Source: Basidiobolus meristosporus CBS 931.73 (lineage: Eukaryota; Fungi; Basidiobolomycota). Taken from it: a DNA stretch of 64,000 nt. The notes beneath the pieces are model-generated. The model was given only the letters and a program-made list of their open reading frames with translations, was not told the DNA's origin and did no database searches. Positions 50,499 through 63,334 of the stretch are shown here, piece by piece (the first letter of the stretch is position 1; each line of letters begins with the position of its first letter). The stretch spans positions 1-64,000 of the forward strand of contig MCFE01000397.1 in NCBI GenBank assembly GCA_002104905.1. Reading direction: 5' to 3'. A program made the position numbers and the translations under genes.

Positions 50499-50515
50499 CA
50501 GGCTTGCAACTGGAC
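50471..50515 (+). promoter_or_regulatory. Predicted -1 ribosomal frameshift signal between gag and pol
   Basis: G GGA AAC in gag phase, 6-nt spacer, perfect 11-bp stem GTCCAGTTGCA/TGCAACTGGAC. Pol lies in the -1 frame and is open from the slip site. Confidence 0.85.
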
Positions 50516-53500
50516 CCACCCATGAAAATCCAGCATATCCAAGAATCTTCCTTTGCCACAAAATCTATCCAGACCTTGAGAAAGCCAGTCAAAATCCAGA
50601 TCCCTGACTCCAGTCCTGTCCCAGTCCTAGCCCTGATTGATTCCAGTGCTTCATCCTGTTTCATTGACCAAACCTTTGTCCAGAAGCACTCTATTCCTGT
50701 TACCTTGAGATCCTGTCCAGTCCAAGTAGAAGTTATTGATGGAAGATCACTCTCCTCTGGTGCTGTTACCCATGAAACATGCTTACTTCAGCTGCCCAGT
50801 ACTGCTCATCAAGAAAGAATTGCCTTCAACATCATCAACTCACCACACTATCCTATTGTGCTTGGAAGCTCATGGCTGAGCTACCACAATCCAAGTATTC
50901 ATTGGAAATCCAAGATCCTGTCATTCACCAGATCCCACCAAGTCAACTCCATGAAATCTCCAGACCCTGATAACCGTGAAAAGACTGTTGCCAACAGTTC
51001 AACAGCCCAAGATACCTTGCCAGCTGAAGGAGCCCCCTCAGCAAACATACCAGCCAAGTACCAAGAGTTTGCCCATGTCTTTGACAAGAAGAAAGCAGAA
51101 CCCCTCCCGGACCATCAGCCTTATGACTACCCTATTGACCTTGAAGATGGAAAAGTCCCTCCATTTGGCCAAATGTATAACCTCTCCCAGCCGGAGTTGA
51201 AAGAACTCCATGGTTATATTGAAGAAAACCTCCAGAAGGGTTTTATTCAGCACTCCAAATCACCTGCTGGAGCCCCAATCCTCTTTGTCAAGAAGAAGGA
51301 TGGCACACTCAGAATGTGTGTGGACTACTGTGCTCTGAATAAGACCACAGTCAAGAACCGCTACCCCCTGCCCCTGATCAACACACTGTTGGATCAGCTA
51401 TCTGCTGCTCAAGTCTTCACCAAGATTGACTTGAGAGGAGCTTACAATCTTGACAGAATCAAGCCTGGTGATGAATGGAAAACTGCCTTTTGCACAAGAT
51501 ATGGTCACTTTGAGTACAAAGTAATGCCATTTGGCCTCACCAATGCCCCTGCAGTGTTTCAACACCTCATGAATGACATATTTTGTGAATACCTTGATCA
51601 GTTTGTGGTAATCTACCTTGATGATATTCTCATATACTCCAAGAGCCAAGATGAACATGATGAACATGTCAAGAAAGTATTGAGAAAACTAGACTCTGCT
51701 GGTCTTTATGCCAAGCTAGAGAAGTGTGAATTTGACCAGAGAGAAGTGGAATCTCTTGGTTACCTCATCAGCCCTGAGGGAACAAGAATGGACCCAAAGA
51801 AAGTTGACTCAGTCCAATCCTGGAAAACTCCAAGCTCAGTCAAGGAAGTAAAATCCTTCCTGGGATTTTCCAACTTCTATTGCAGGTTCATAGCCAACTA
51901 CTCCAAGATAATCACCCCTCTAACAAAGCTTACCCAGAAGAACACACCTTTTGCCTGGAATGAGGAGCAATCCAGCTCATTCAACCAACTCAAGAAATCT
52001 TTCCTGAAGGCCCCTCTACTTGCCCACCCTGACCTTGAGAAGCAATTCATAGTGGAGACTGATGCTTCTGATTTTGCCCTTGGTGCCATACTCTCCCAAT
52101 ATGATGAGGACAATGTGTTGCACCCCAATGCATTCTACTCTTGCAAGTTTTCCCCTGCAGAGATCAACTATGATATCTATGATAAGGAGTTGCTTGCCAT
52201 CATTGTAGCCTTTGAGCAATGGAGACACTACCTGGACGGTGCAAAACACAAAATCAAAGTCTTCTGTGACCATTAGAACTTTGAGTACTTTGCAACTTCC
52301 AAAGTACTAAACCGGAGACAAGCCAGATGGTCACTCTTCATGTCCAGCTTTGACTTTACTATCACCTATAGACCTGGTGCAAAACAAGGAAAGCCTGATG
52401 CCCTGTCCAGAAAAAAGGTATATGCCCTGGAAGAGGGAGATGATGCCTGTTGGCAAATGGAACACCCATTGCTGAGCAAGAAACATTTTGAGATTCTTGC
52501 CACCCAGTCCTCAAGTCTTGTCATCCCTTCATTCCTAGTAAGGATATCAGAATCCCAAGCCTCTGATATGACTTCCAGCACCATCACAAAATATCTGGAA
52601 TCCCCAGTTGCACCCCCTTCCAAGTTCCCAAACATCCAGAACCTGCATTTGGTAAACAACCTCATCTACCACAAGCAGCAGCTTTATGTCCCAGACCTTG
52701 CCACCCAGCTAGACATCATTAAGTCTTGGCATGATTCAATGGCTACAGGCCACTTTGGTACTGCCAAAACCTTGAATGCTATCAAAAGAGATTTCTGGTG
52801 GCCTAGAATGATAACTCTTATCAAAGAGTACATTCTGACTTGTGATATTTGCAACCATTCAAAACCAGCCAGACACCAGCCCTATGGACTTCTTCAGCCC
52901 CTGCCTATCCCAGAACACCAATGGAGGTCTATATCTATGGACTTCATTACCAACCTCCCAGAGTCATGTGGCTTCAACACTATACTTGTAGTGGCTGACC
53001 AGCTGACCAAGATGGCTCACTTTATCCCTTGCTGTAAGAACACTGATGCAAAAGAAACTGCTGCTTTAGTGCTGAAAAACATTTTCCACCTTCATGGTAT
53101 CCCCAGTGATATTGTGTCAGATAGAGGCCCACAGTTTGTGTCCAAGTTTTGGAAACACTTCATGCAATACCTTGGTGTTCAAGTCAAGCTCTCTACTGCC
53201 TTCCATCCACAGTCTGATGGCCAGACTGAAAGAATCAACCAGATTCTAGAGCCATACCTCCGGTGCTATATCAATTACCAGCAAGACAATTGGGTTGATC
53301 TACTCCCTGTTGCTGAGTTAGCCTACAACAACTCAAGCCATAGTGCAACCGGTTTTACACCATTCTATGCAAACTATGGACTCCACCCTCAGTTTGCTAT
53401 CCAGATTCCAACAAACCCAATGAGCCCACATGCGGCTGAACATGCCCAAGCAATCCAGGACATCCAGAATACCCTCAAGGAAGAACTATCCTTAGCTCAG

Positions 53501-53995
53501 GAACGCTACAAGAAATTTGCCAATCTAAAACAGCATCCCAGCCCTGATCTTAATGAAGGAGATTCTGTATGGCTGCTCAGAAGAAACATCAGCACCAACT
53601 GCCCTTGTGACAAATTGGATTTCAAGAAACCTGGTCCTTTCACAATCAAGAAGAAGCTTAGCCCTATAGTATATCAGCTACAGTTACCAGCAAGTATGAA
53701 AATCCATGATACTTTCCATGTGTCCCTCCTGGAGCTGTATTGTAGGAACACCTTGCCAAACTGGCAAGAAGCAAAGCCCAAGCTATCCAGGTTGACCAAC
53801 ATCAAGAATTTGAAGTTAAACAGATTCTAGACTCTAAGTATATCCGGTCAAAGCTGCACTACTTAGTAGACTGGATTGGTTATGGCCCAAGTGACCAAAC
53901 ATGGGAACCAGCTACCCATCTCACTAATTGTCAAGAACTAGTTATCCAGTTCCACCAACAATATCCTGCAAAACCTGCCCCAAAGGGAAAAAGAG
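50478..53995 (+). pseudogene. pol: G2 pol (protease, RT, RNase H, integrase, chromodomain); one stop at 52274 and a frameshift near 53780
   Basis: ALIDSSASS; YLDD; TDASDFALG; HDSMATGH..C..C; MDFIT, SDRG, GQTER; KPGPF (GPY/F module); EVKQILDSK..YLVDWIGYGPSDQTWEP in a shifted frame. Confidence 0.92.
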
Positions 53996-56801
53996 CTTTG
54001 CCTGGAAGAGGAGAGTAGTGTCATGATCACATGACAACCATGAACACCCATGCCAAGTTTCAGCTTCCTAGCTCAATATCTAAGAGATTCCTTCTGGCAC
54101 CTTCTACCACCTTCCAGAAAGTTCCTGACCATTCCAAACCATTGTTACACAATGAAACATTCCATGGAAGCTTTCCATTGTATTTTTCATAGTCCAGTAC
54201 CATATATGGAAATACCAGATCACATGACTTAGTCACATGATCAGGTGGCCCAATCCATTTCCCCATCCTGTCTCTGTACCATGTCATCTATGTCATTATC
54301 CCCAGCACCATTGCTGTGCCTCACCCCACAACCCCATTAGTATCAGCTAATATCTCTTGGCATCAGTATAGCCAAAAAGTATGTATAGTCCTACCCCCCC
54401 TTAAGTATTCCTCAGTCTGATAAACACAGGTCTTGAATAAACAGCCTTGCCTTGAATCCTGCCTTGTCTTGATGGTCCACACCTAAGTCCTTTCCTGCCG
54501 TTCATAGCTTTTCCTCCTGCCTTGTGTCTATTCATAACAATTACTCCATAACTCACACACATTATTATTACCCAAACACCAGCACTAAGAACATCATTTT
54601 TCCACAGTGAGAACATACTGAAGTAAGCATGCAATTGCAGCAAAGTTGGCAAGCTATAAGCCATTGGCCAGAATATGGAATCAATTGAAAACCAGAGATA
54701 CTTAAGAAAGAGGGTATCTGTTGGTGCAAAAGCTTTCCACTGGAAGCAATGCATTTGCTTTTCAACAGTATCCCTATGTTGATGACCAAGTTGTACATGG
54801 GGCATTTCAAGCTAAATGAGCCCTTTGAGATACTGGAGAAATTTGAAAAAATTGGCAAGATATTACAGAGTATCCGCTACCCTAAGTACTTCTCACAGGC
54901 TCCAACTAATATTCATATGCATATGCAACAATACAAATGCAAAGACTGGATGAACTGGATATGTATTTATTCAAGTGGTGTTCTGAAGCCATTCCTACCA
55001 AGAGTACACTGGAAGTATTGGGAGTCATATGTGGACATTGTAGGAATACTTATCCAGAAGCAGATCACCAATGCCAACTTGATGCATCTACAGCTGTTGT
55101 GTGAGGAGTTTGTGACAGGATTTGAGTGGCTATACTACAAATATAAAGCTGAACGCATAGATCTCTGCTGCTACCGTATCCATTCTCTACTCCATCTTGC
55201 GTGGTGTGTGGAGAATATTGGGCCTTGCTTCACCTTTTGGGAGTTTCCTATGGAGTGGAGGTGTGGGGAGATAGGAAAACAAGTCAAGTTGCAGGTACTA
55301 CCATATCCCAATCTCATCAAGAATATTACCTTCAAGTCCATCATGGATGTTATGAGTTTGCACATGGAGGACAGCCAGAAAGAGTCGGAAAATACTGAGG
55401 ACAAATGTGCACATGGAAACACCTATGCCAATGGCATTAAGAAGCTAAGCAGCCCCAATGCGTGCGTAATCAGTTAAGTAATGCAAAGTTCAGTTGGGTG
55501 CAACAAGCAACTAATTTTATCAGGAAAACTCCACCAAGATATGCTGGATTTCTTGTGGTCACAAGCCAACTTCTACACCATTCAATACGGAATTCACACA
55601 AACAAAAGCCAGAGCACACCTACAAGGGGGACTAGAGTCCAGCAGGGAGAAGGAATATATTGGCTAAATACCAAGAGGTTCTTTGTCAATATTCAGGAGG
55701 TATTCATGGCTGAAGTGGCAACAACCAGGCATTTGTTTGCAAGATGTATATGCTACCAGCAGTACAAGGTATATGGCAACTTTGCAAGTAAAACACTAAA
55801 AAGCTATAAAGTTGAGGTGATATAAGTATGTCAATTGCGGCAGGTGTGCGCATTTGTGGAGGTTAGTAAGCAGGAGGCCATAGTTTTTTTTGATTCAACC
55901 TATATGTGGAATACCCAAGATAGTAGTGGGTAAGCAAATAAAGAAAGGTGATTCTACAGTGGAATATATGAATTGCACAAGGGGAGGTAGAAAAAGGAAA
56001 TACCATTTGGTAAATTGGTACGGTAGCATTATACAGAACCAGCAGCAGGCTGTCATACTGCCAATATAATGCCATCAGAGTCTTGCTGTGAGGCTGTCAA
56101 AATACCGCCAAGTTTCTTGCCATATAAGACAATTGGATGTCCTGGCCATTTGGATCCACTTAAAATAGTTATAGAGTGCTAAAAGACTGCAACAATACCA
56201 TGCAAATATTGTCGCAGCACTGATCAAAAATCATATAGTTTTATCCCTTTATTTGGCTGTAAAATTTGCAAAACACTGTCATGATCTTGTTATAAGATTG
56301 TCAGGAGGGTCACTAATTCCAAGCTGCTATTATTATGATAGTCTCTAAACAGGATCTTGACCAATGATCCAGATTGGATCCACCTGTGGGACCAAATTAT
56401 TTTTTGTAGGGAATGGTGGAGAATTTAACTCAAAACTCTTCATCTACTTCTGCAACATTCATGGGATAATACAAAAGTCTACTGTAGCATACTCCCCACA
56501 GCAAAATGAAGTAGCAAAATGTGCTAACAGATCAATAACAGATATGACTAGATCTATGATCCATGATCAAAAATTATCCTATGATTTTTGGGCACAATCA
56601 GTTGCCACTGCTGTATATCTTAAAAATAAGAGTTATAACAAAGTAATCTGTAATTCTACTCCATTTGAGACATTGTATGAATACAGACCAGGTGCAGACC
56701 ATTTAAGAATATTTGTGTGTATAGCATTTGCCAAAAAACTGCTCAGAAATCAGTCAAATTTTCAGCCAAAAAGTGTAAAATGCATATTTTTGGGCTGTTG
56801 C

Positions 56802-57149
56802 TGTTGAAATATTCTGTGGAGTAGTGAAAGTGATGTGGGGAGCTAGGGGATTTGTATGTTTTCACTGATTGACTTATTGATTAAAAGTATGGTTTTTATA
56901 CTTTTTGTAAAGTAGAGCAAACAAATGTATAGAGTTTGTTAAGGAAGGTCCCAACCATATGTGTGCAAAGTTTGGGGGCTTTTGGACAACTTTGAGAAAG
57001 ATAATAATCTGGGTACCTGATAGTTTGGTAAGAATATTCTAAGTAAATCCCAACCAGAAATTTGGTCAGGAGAGAATGCTAATCAAAGAGTAAGATCTCT
57101 GTGACAAAGTTAGCATGAGTATTTTGGTGATAACCTAATAAATACAACA
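56802..57149 (-). repeat. Diverged copia-B-like solo LTR inserted antisense in copia-B integrase
   Basis: TGTTG..CAACA, 348 bp. The core matches copia-B LTRs (AAGGAAGGTCCCAA..ATGTGTGCAAAGTTTGGGG). Removal restores host IN with a degenerate 5-bp duplication (GTTGC/ATGGC). Confidence 0.65.
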
Positions 57150-57971
57150 ATGGCAATGAGAGTACAGCGCACAGACTCTACAATACCAAAGCAAAGAAGC
57201 TGATCAAGTCCAGGGATGTGTTTGACAAAACTCAAAATTTTCATAAAGAGTGATATGACATTGTGACAAAAATGAAGACAAAAATTTTGTATAAAGTCCA
57301 TCAATTGCTAGGATTGAATCAGAGCAAAACAATGCAAATTTTCTCACTCTGGAGGACTCTTCAACCATGGTTCAGCCTGAAGGAGTGCCCAGGAATATCC
57401 CAAAAGTGAGCATTCTAGTATTAAATACCAGGAGATTTAGTCAGACAAGAAATAGCACAAATGATTATATCAATGTGGGTACAAGTTTGGCCTATGCCTA
57501 TTCAGTCCATGGTGGTCAGCCCCAGACTGTAAAAGAGACCCTAAATAGCCCTCCAAATACATTTTGGAGATCTGCAATGACTGAGGATTATCAGATTCTG
57601 ATGGAATAGCAGACTTAGGACTTGGTCAACTTAACTGCAACCAAATATCAGTTAGATGCAGAGGGGACTTCAAGACAATATACTAGGCTGATTGTACAGT
57701 TGAAAGATGCAAATCAGGACTTGTGTCCAAAGGATACTCTCAAATAAAGGACTTGACTATACTAAGCCCTTTGCACTAGTAGCCAAGCTTAATTCCATCA
57801 GATAAATGTTGGTTATTGCAGACAAATTTGAGTTTTCTATACATCAAATGGATGTGAATCTGCATTTTTGCATGAGGAACCTGATGAGGACATGTGCATG
57901 GACCAGCCTAATGGATTTTTTGACCAAGATAACCCCCATTTGGTGAGCCAACACAAAGAATTGCTATAAGG

Positions 57972-60900
57972 TGTTATGAATAGACACAAGGCAGGAGAGT
58001 AGAGCTAGGCAAGGCAGGACCAGGAAAGGACTTAGGTGTGGATCAACAAGGCAAGGTAGATTTCCAAGGCAAGGCTGTGTATTCAAGACCTGTGTTTATC
58101 AGACTGAGGAATACATAAGGGAGGATAGGACTATATATACTTTTTGGCAATATGAATGCCAAGAGATATTGGCTAATACTGATGAGGTTCTGGGGTGATG
58201 CACAGTAAGTGTGCCAAGATAGAATATACTAAAGAACAGACTGGAATATCACGTGGAGATATGTCAGGGGTCAGCTGATCATGTGACTAGGTCATGTGAC
58301 ATGTAGTTCCCATACATGGTATGGGACCACATAGACTCTAATGGGAAGCTTCCATAGAATGTTCTGTTGTGTAACATTGACTTGGAGCTTTCAAGAAGTT
58401 GCTAGAATGTAGTAGAACTTTCTAGAAGGAACTGGGATTTCTTCACTGACTTGATTTGGCTAGTTAATTGGACACCAGGGATATCATGGGATCATGACAC
58501 TATTCTCCTCTTTTGATGGGCTCCCCTCAAGCTTTTGGCTTTGGCTTGTTGAGGTATGTCTGGTGGAATAGCACAACTAGATCTTGGCAGTTTGTTAGGT
58601 TTGCTGCTGGTTCCCAAGTTTGATCATTTGGGCCATAACCTACCCAATCTACCAGATAGTGAAGTTGGGATTTGATGTACTTTGAATCCAATACTTGCTG
58701 AACTTCAAACTCTTGGTGTTTGTCCACTTGGATGGCTGGGGGACTTGCTAGGTGCCAGTTGGGTAGAGTACTCTCATGGAATGGTTCTAAGAGGGATACA
58801 TGGAATGTATCATGAATTTTCATACTTGGTGGCAACTGAAGTTGGTACACAATTGGACTAAGTTTCTTCTTGATCCTGAATGGACCTAGTCTCTTGTAGT
58901 CTAATTAGTCACAAGGGTGGCTGGCAGGAATGTTTCTTCTCAAGAGCCATACTGAGTCTCCTTCATTAAGCTTGGGGCTAGGCTGCCGTTTGCTGTCTGC
59001 AAACTTCTTGTACCCCTTATGGGCTAAGGATAGTTCTTTCTTGAGTGTTTCTAGATTTCCAGAATTGTTGATGCATGTTCAGCCGCTGGGGGGCTCATAG
59101 GGTTGGTTGGGATCTGAATATCAAGTTGTGGATTAAAACCATAATTTGCATAGAATGGGGTGAGACCTGTTGCACTATGATATGAGTTGCTGTAGGCAAA
59201 TTCTGCAAGTGGTAGCAGTTGGGTCCAGTTGTCTTGCTGATAGTTAATATAGCACTGGAGGTATTGTTCATGGATCTGGTTAATTCTCTCTGTCTGGCCA
59301 TCTGACTGTGGATGAAAAGCAGTTGAGAGCTTGACTTGCACACCAAGATATTGCATGAAGTGCTTCCAGAATTTTGATATGAACTGGGGTCCTCTGTCTG
59401 ATACAATGTCACTGTGGATACCATGGAGTTGGAAAATGTTCTTGATCACTAAGTGGGCAGTCTCCTTAGCATCTATGTTCTTTGAGCAGGGAATGAAGTG
59501 AGCCATCATTGTGAGCCAATCTGCCACTAATAGGATTGAATTGAATTGGTTGGATTCTGGGAGGTTGGTGATGAAGACCATTGAAATTGACTTCCATTGC
59601 TGGTCAGGGATTGCCAAGGGTTGGAGAAGTCCATAAGGCTGGTGTCTAGCAGATTTACACGGTTACATGTATCACAGGATTGGAGATACTCCTTGACAAG
59701 AGATATCATCTTGGGCCACCAGAAGTCTCTCTCCATTGCATTCATGGTTTTAGCAGTAGTGTCTCCATTGCTCAAAGGCAACAATGATTGCAAGTAGTTC
59801 CTTATCATAGATATCATAGTTTACTTCAGCTGGAGTAATTTCTGGGAGTAAAATGCAATGGGGTGTAGTAAGTTCTTGTCATTGTACTGGGAAAGGATTG
59901 CACCAAGTGCAAAGTCAGTGGCATCAGTTTCTATGATGAAAGGTTTCTCAAGGTCAGGGTGAGCAAGCAGGGGAGCATATAGGAAGGATTTCCTGAGGGA
60001 ATTAAAGGACTTGGACTGTTCCTCATTCCAGGCAAAGGGCAGATTCTTCTGGGTGAGCTTTGTCAAGGGTGCAATCTTGGAGTAGTTAGCAATAAATCTA
60101 CAATAGAAGTTGGTAAATCCAAGGAAGGACTGTACTTTGTTTACAGAACAGGAAGTTTTGCACAACTGGATGGCTTCTACTTTCTTGGGGTCCATTCTTG
60201 TTCCATTTGAGCTGATAAGATAACCTAAGAACTCAACTACTTTCTGGTCAAACTCACATTTCTCCAATTTGGCATAGAGGCCAGCGGTGTCAAGTTTGGT
60301 CAAGACTTTCTTGACACGGGAATTATGTTCTTCTTGTGTCTTAGAGTAGATCAAGATGTCATCAAGGTAGATAACCATATATTGGTCAAGGTATTCTTGG
60401 AAGATGTCATTCATCAGGTGTTGAAAGACCACTGGGGCATTGGTGAGACCAAATGGCATAGCTTTATACTCAAAATGACCGTATCTTGTTCTGAATGCAG
60501 TTTTCCATTCATCATCAGGCTTGATCCTGACAAGGTTATATGCTGCTCTGAGGTCAATCTTAGTAAATACTTTGGCAGCAGTGAGTTGATCCAACAGGGT
60601 GTTGATCAAGGGTAAAGGGTACCAGTTCTTGAGTGTGATCTTATTCAGTGCATGGTAGTCTACACACATTCCTAGGGTACCATTCTCTTTTTTGACAAAG
60701 AGGATTGGGGCACCAGCTGGGGACTTAGAGTGCTGAATAAAACCTTTCTGGAGGCTTTCTTGAATATAGCCATGGAGTTCTTTCAACTCAGGTTGCAAGA
60801 GGTTGTAATTAGGACCAAAAGGTGGGGTTTTTCCTTCTTCAAGGTCAATGGGACAATCATAGGGTCTATGGGCTGGGAGTAGTTTGGCTTTCTTCTTGTC

Positions 60901-63334
60901 AAAGACATGAGCAAACTCTTGATACTTGGCAAGTATTCCATTGAAGGGGGTTCCTTCAGTGATGATGGGCTCCTGTGTCTGGGGTAGCTTAGGAAAGGAT
61001 ACTTCTTTACCTGAAAAATCAGGTGGTTTCATGGAGTTGACATGGTGGATTCTGGGGAATGTCAGGATTTTGGTCTTCCAGTTGATAGCTGGGTTATGGT
61101 GACTAAGCCATGAGCTTCCAAGGACTATGGAGTAATGGGGAGAGTTGATAATGTTGAAGGCTAGTGTCTCATGATGACCAGTACTGGACAGCTGGAGTGG
61201 ATGTTAACAGCACCAGAAGAGAGGGACCTTCCATCAATAACTTCTACTTGGACAGGACAGGATTTCAAGACAGTGGGGATTTTGTGCTTCTGGACAAATG
61301 ACTGGTCAATGAAACAGGAGGAAGCTCCAGAATCCATGAGAGCAAGAACACAGACAGGGTTGGATTCAGGGATGTGGATGTTGACAGGCATTCTTAAGGA
61401 CTGGATGGACTTGGTAGCGTACAATGTTTGTTGAATGTGCTGAATTTTCATTGGAGGGTCCAGTTGCAAGCCTGTCATTGTAACTGGACATTGGAGTTTC
61501 CCAATAGTTCAGGAGAAGATTGTTCACTGGATGATTGCAGGAGCTTGAGGCTGGACTTCTTGTTAGGACAAGACTTGGCAAAGTGGCCTGGCCGGCCACA
61601 GTTAAGGCAGAGGTTTGCCTGCTGACATCTAGATCTTTGTTCTTTTGTGAGTTTCTTATATTTAGCACTGTCAATTTGCATAGGATCATCAGGCTTAGTA
61701 TTGGGTGACTGGATTACTGGGAAGGAGGTTGGCTGATAAGTATGTCAAAATTTCTGTTTCTTCTGGAAAAGATGATTGTCACATTGTATTGGTTGATGAA
61801 TAGCTTCACCCAAGGTGGTTGGGCCAGGGAGAGTGAGAAGTACATCACTGACTTCATCATTGAGCCCATCTTGAAATTGACTAATCAGGGCAGCATCACC
61901 CCAAAGGCTCAAGTCACTGGCTAGTAGCCGGAATTCAGAAGCATACATGGATGCAGGTCTGTTTTGTTGCTTCAAGTTCTTGATCTTGTTGGCAGCAGTT
62001 CTGGCTTGGTCAATGTTGCCAAATGTTAGCTCCATTTCTGTGAGGAAGGATATGGTAGTTGCTGAGTAGAGGGGAGTTGGTTTCCACCATAGGGGAGAAC
62101 TATTTCTGGGCAGTTCCAGTCAGCAGGTTATAGATATAACCAACTTTTGCTTGATCTGTTGGGAACCAATTGGGTTGTAATGACAAGTGGTGTTTCACTA
62201 TATTGATGAAACCTTGGAACTTATTCTGGGATCCACTAAACTTGGTAGTGGAAGTGATCTTGGGATCATGTTAGGAGGGAGCCTGGATAGGCTGTTGGGC
62301 ATTTTGGCTCTGGAGTTGAGCAACAGAGTTTATGAGGTCTGCATTGTCTTGTTGCAGCTGTGCAAAGGCAGCCATGAGACTTGCAAAGTTATACTCTGGG
62401 CTGGACATGTCATGGTAGCAGGAGGCGGAGAGGTCTCTTGGACTTCTTCAGGAATACTGGATATTCCTAGCTAATTTGTGGGTTATAAAGCCACTAGTTT
62501 GTCAAGAATACAATTATTGAGCCACAATCCCCAACTTTGAATAAGTTAGCATCACTTCAGAAGGTACTGGCTTTAATGTCCTTTGGTAGAGTATTATACT
62601 AAAGCTTCCAATACTCTATCAACTGTGAACTACACCAGCAGGGTAATAAAGTGAATGCAGCTTTGGCCAATAATCATACAAAGATAAAGTATCTTTGCCT
62701 TTAGAGGACAAGACTAGGGAAAGATTCAGGGTGACACTAATGGTAGGTATTCCTTTACAAGTTCTTCTCAAGAGCTCTGGGTAGAAGGCAGAGATCCACA
62801 GGTAAGTCAGGGGCAGTCTGATAAAACTGTTATGAATAGACACAATGCAGGAGAGTAGTGCTAGGCAAGGCAGGACCAGGAAAGGACTTAAGTGTGATCA
62901 ACAAGGCAAGGCTGTTTATTCAAGACGTGTGTTTATCAGACGGAGGAATACATAAGGGGGGATAGGACTATATATACTTTTTGGCAATATGGATGCCAAG
63001 AGATATTGGCTAATACTGATGAGGTTCTGGGGTGATGGACAGTAAGTGTGCCAAGATAGAAAATACTAAAGAACAGACTGGAATATCACATGGAGATATG
63101 TCAGGGGTCAGCTGATCATGTGACTAGGTCACGTGACATGTAGTTACCATACATGGCATGGGACTACATAGACTAATGGAAAGCTTCCATAGAATGTTCT
63201 GTTATGTAACATTGACTTGGAGCTTTCAAGAAGTTGTTAGAATGTAGTAAAACTTTCTAGAAGGAACTGGGATTTCTTCACTGACTTGATTTGGCTAGAT
63301 AATTGGAGACCAGGGATGTCATGTGATCATGACA
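57972..63334 (-). mobile_element. Second chromovirus copy (G2b), LTRs 57972-58499 and 62828-63334, internal deletion in pol
   Basis: TSD TAAGG/TATGG inside copia-B RT; PPT AAAAGAGGAGAATAG; gag about 61475-62413; RT/RH 59821-61032; IN 59051-59817; intact chromodomain in 58527-58850. Confidence 0.93.

Larger units (their letters stand above)
48639..54539 (+). mobile_element. Full-length chromovirus (Ty3/Gypsy G2), LTRs 48639-49159 and 54019-54539
   Basis: 521-bp TG..CA LTRs differing at about 13 sites by my count; perfect TSD ATTAC; PPT AAGAGGAGAGTAG. The empty site is visible in copy D1 at about 21440-21460. Confidence 0.96.
47302..55930 (+). pseudogene. CMC/En-Spm-type (Transposase_21/tnp2-like) transposase, split by the chromovirus
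   Basis: N-terminal CGYC..H; CVNSCMAF..CPNC; ALALDGF..PLILINLNL..VCGPK..LDSYLYPFLIEF..GDTPAISK..GFSGHNG..C; after the insertion: KCKDWMNW..YS..LP..FV..FEWLYY..CCYRIHSLLHL..IGPCFTFWEFPME..CG. Confidence 0.85.
44718..56411 (+). mobile_element. Best-preserved CMC/CACTA-like DNA transposon (D2), about 5.8 kb once the nested chromovirus is removed
   Basis: Ends CCCAATGAAAAATTATT and AATTATTTTTTGTAGGG. Removing it and the MITE restores copia IN TCT(G/A)ACAATGGTGGAGAA with AATG duplicated. Contains two divergent genes. Confidence 0.88.
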
